From: Balanoglossus misakiensis
Taxonomy: Eukaryota > Animalia > Hemichordata
Length of the DNA: 64,000 bases
Direction: 5' to 3'
Assembly (NCBI GenBank): GCA_040954595.2
Contig: CM082585.2
Span: 6,287,808 to 6,351,807, forward strand
This document shows, piece by piece, positions 60,484-64,000 of this stretch. Positions within the stretch are counted from its first letter, which is position 1, and each line of letters opens with the position of its first letter. The notes beneath the pieces were generated by a model that saw only the letters and a list, made by a program, of their open reading frames with translations, did not search any database and was not told the DNA's origin. The translations under genes and the position numbers were made by a program.

Positions 60484-63400
60484 GTAAGTACTGACACTAT
60501 CTGTGTCAGCATGGATAGTGCGTTTGAAAAAAATTGATAGAAAATTGGAGAAAAAAAATATTGGCTCATTTCGATCTGTGATATGCTGGTCTAATGGTGA
60601 TCAGTGTGCCCTGTAAGCACATATGATGCGTCACTGACTCAGTAAACTCACTGGTGACTCAAGAAAATTATCCACACTGCATGGGCTGACTCAGAGAAAT
60701 TTCTAGAAATCCTCAAATTGATTTGGTTATGTCTGTTAGAAGGCACACTGATGGTCATTTACATTTAATGAATTTTAAGGTACTAGGTATGCTATAAAAC
60801 TTGGAATTCATACATGGAATTGACTTCTTCAGTTTAGGATATTATGGAGAGTTCTGGTAGTAGAATGCAGCTCAGTTGGGGGTATATTCTAATTACCGTG
60901 CTTCACAAATTCTATGACTGGATTTTGTGAAGTGATTCACGACTTCCGAAGACGCAACTCTGCATGCAGGTCTGTCTGTCCCTGGTTGCACACGGCCTCC
61001 CAGCCTCCCACTGGCCACGCAAAAAGCTGGGAGACGACAGACGTGAAACCACAGCTACTGAATGGGGTAAAAGTCGCGGTGACAGTCGTCCCCGTCGCAC
61101 ATTGTGTTACGAGGAAGAACATGTGAGCGGTGTTAATGGCGTTACGTAACCACCGACCGATTCATAATTGCATTGATTTTGTGTTTGTGACTCACAGCGC
61201 AGGTCACTGACTTATTACTGCGGACCACGGACAGGAACCGGGCACAATGGGGGTGTTAGATTTCCAATTAAAGACTCGCCTTGTTTGGTTAACCCACCTA
61301 GTAGTAGTCCCAGAACCCATCGACTTTTTTTCTCTCTCCGAGTCGGAACAGTGTGTGTTTGTTAGCTAGCTCGCCTCCACACAGATTTTTACTGTCAACT
61401 GTTTTTGGGGTCCTAATGATTATGTCTCACTTCCCGCTTCCAAAGTTGGCTCCAGATGTCGCTTTCTGAAGTGACGTGTGGAGGAGTGAGTGTCTCCCCT
61501 GCGAAGAAGTGATTCTCTGCGAAGACCACAGCTGGTTGCTGTCCCTCCCGCTCATTACCTGGAGGCCATTTTGTAAACATAACACATTACTGAAGGACTC
61601 GCAGGGGCCCATCTTCTTGTGCGAGCCAGGCCGGTCTCCCAGCCGCCATTATGAAAACAATTTTTCACACAAAGTGAAAATGACATCGCAATCAATGGGA
61701 ACCTTGAAATCAATCACCCAGAACTGAGAAAAGTAAAGTACGCCGCGAAAAAAGGAGTACGACCTCATGAAAGATGGACTCTATTGGAAGATGGTAACTT
61801 ATAACTTCGCCGCATGCAGTTTGCTTTCTCTTGAGAAAGTCCAAACTTCTCTTTTGGGCTAAACCACTAAATCCCGTGGGTTTCAGGGAAACCTACCCCC
61901 AAATCCTGTCTAGTGGGTGGAACCATCCAGAAGGATGTTGGGAGAGGGGTTGTTGATCATGTGTATTCAAAACTCGTATCATTGTGAACCAGTCACTTTC
62001 AGTTGGAACTGTACACAGGAAATTGTCATGCTATTTGCTATCTATTATTAAAGAATGCATCTCACAATATGATTTGAATGTTTTGATGGTTTAACATTCC
62101 AAGCACACAAATTGAACCCAGACTCAGAGAAAAACAAGATGAAGAGAGATACCGACTGCAAGTAACATATATTTTCATTAAAATTGTAAACGTGAGAAGT
62201 TTCTGTGAGGTGACTTTTGCTGATTCAAGGTTTTCACGTCTGATTCTTATCAACAGATTGAAAACAAATTCTTCAAAAACATTTTACTAGATGAAAACAG
62301 CAAACAGCCATCACTGAGAAAGAGTACTTATACTATAGACCGATCTTGTCAGCTCTGTGAACAACAGCATTTGGTTTTGATTGTTGATTTCCTTGAAAGC
62401 ATTTGTTTTTACTTCAGTTTTATCTATCACCAAAGTGATTTACTTGATAAATATTCCAGTGGAAAAAAACAAAGCCCCAAGCTGAGTAAATTATTACTGT
62501 CAACAAGGGTTAATCAGTAAGGGCAGGGACTTAGGGGGAGGGACTTGTGAAAACAAGGTAGGGGTTTAGCATGTTGGAAGTGTGAAGATTTAGTATTTGC
62601 CATAATCTGTCAGTCTGACCATAGACCCTAGTTTCTGTAGGGTCTATGGTCTGACTGTTTTTAGCATGAATGGAGAATCTTCTAGTTCTCATCCGTATAT
62701 TGCTGTCATTTCTGTGATTGCATGCGGATTGCGCATGTTGTTTTCTTTCGCGTGCTTCTTCAAAACTGGGGGTAGGAGAGGGGAGGGGGTGAGGTGTACC
62801 CCCCCCCCCCCCATACATTTTAGTTCTCGTGGAAAAAGTATGAACTACAAGCCTCATGACTAGGGTCAGGTTCGGATTTATTTGGATAATCTTAGCCCCT
62901 TGTGTTTGCATGTACTTATGGCAGTTTAATGCGCCATGCCATATATGTGACGTCTGCCATAAACGTCTCCTTGTAAGCGGTCATATTCTGAAGAAAAAAT
63001 GTCAATCATATCGTCCGAGATCTTTGGTCTAAGACAGTAGGCTGTGCAAAAATGACCTGAATACCCAAGGGTAGGTGTTTTACTCACTATCAGATCTGAT
63101 CAAGGGGAGATATGCTTTTACAAGTGTTGTTGCTCTTTCAGAATATGAAGAAATTATGATGGGATTGTATATCGCTGGAAATAAAAGGCTTTTTTAAAAT
63201 GTCAAACCACCATCTGCGTTGTGTGGGTTCATAGAAGTTGAGCATATCATGGTTTATCAGGACATCCTGTTTAGTGTGAGCGCTGGGAATTATTATGTGA
63301 CAAGTCTGAGAAATTATGTAAGGGTTCTTAAATCAGGGGGAAGCAACAAAAATAAAGCTCTTGTTATTTCGACAAGTAATGACTGGAGTACTTTTGACCC

Positions 63401-64000
63401 AGTTTATCAGTGCATCAGTGGCGCAGGATGCAGGAGGCATATCTGATAAGGTTGAGGAGCGTTTTGCAGTTTGCTCTCTCTGTGGTTGCCCGGTTACGCT
63501 GTGTCAATATTTGATCGGCAATAAGGCAAACATAACTGCTTTGCATTACCAAATCTGAGAGCACCGAAAAAAAATGTGACCTGTGGGGATCATGATGTCA
63601 GAGGTTGATGTATAAACTCAGGCGGTAGGAGGTTGCGTTTAGAGCTTTGCTTTCAACACCAAATTTGTCGGACATCATCTGTGGGATTCCACTTACAAGT
63701 CAGATCTTCCTATCAAATGGACCTGCATGGAGACACACTGAAACTGAACCCTCACATGGAGCCAATCTCCCGTAATTTCAAATTCTAATATTGACTCGTG
63801 GTGAAAAACAGCCATGAGTGAATATATCTGTCGAGAGAAAAATCGTAAAAAAAATACTGCATAGACAAAATATGCTAGTGATCATCAACGTTGCATATAA
63901 TTAGTTCCAACTGGACAAAGCCCTGAATGGAACATCGATCGAGTTCCATCCATGCATGTATCCGTCCATCTGGAGTAAATACTGAGACATGCCTAAACTG

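Noticed and set aside
11-63558. Most ORFs in the six-frame track as standalone genes
   Set aside because: Intronic or antisense, many with non-ATG starts and no recognisable domains; only those overlapping the listed exons contain real coding sequence.
49300-64000. miR-92 family hairpin expected from vertebrate glypican synteny
   Set aside because: No TATTGCACTTGTCCCGG-like mature sequence found by eye on either strand.

Overview
Intron-rich, AT-rich animal genomic DNA, probably a marine invertebrate and possibly an invertebrate deuterostome (taxon is inferred, not demonstrated). Most ORFs in the six-frame track are spurious; real coding sequence was rebuilt from GT-AG exons. Three genes: (1) a DOCK9/10/11 (DOCK-D/zizimin) Cdc42 GEF on the minus strand, ATG at 42480, with 29 phase-consistent constitutive exons (4090 nt, ~1363 aa: N-terminal region, PH, DHR-1/C2, start of the helical region) running off the left edge before DHR-2; (2) a complete 8-exon RagA/B GTPase gene (43668-48119, +, 310 aa) head-to-head with DOCK across ~1.2 kb; (3) the first two coding exons of a GPC1/2/4/6-type glypican (+, from 52503). 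Beyond the plain annotation: up to eight frame-preserving candidate cassette/micro-exons (21-69 nt) in DOCK introns with Rbfox/UGC motifs, two extra candidate DOCK first exons, an H47F substitution in an otherwise near-invariant RagA segment, a G-U-rich pre-miRNA-like hairpin in glypican intron 1, and several non-autonomous DNA transposon families (Kolobok-, piggyBac-, Tc1/pogo-, Harbinger- and Helentron/HINE-like). None of the alternative exons can be confirmed without RNA data.
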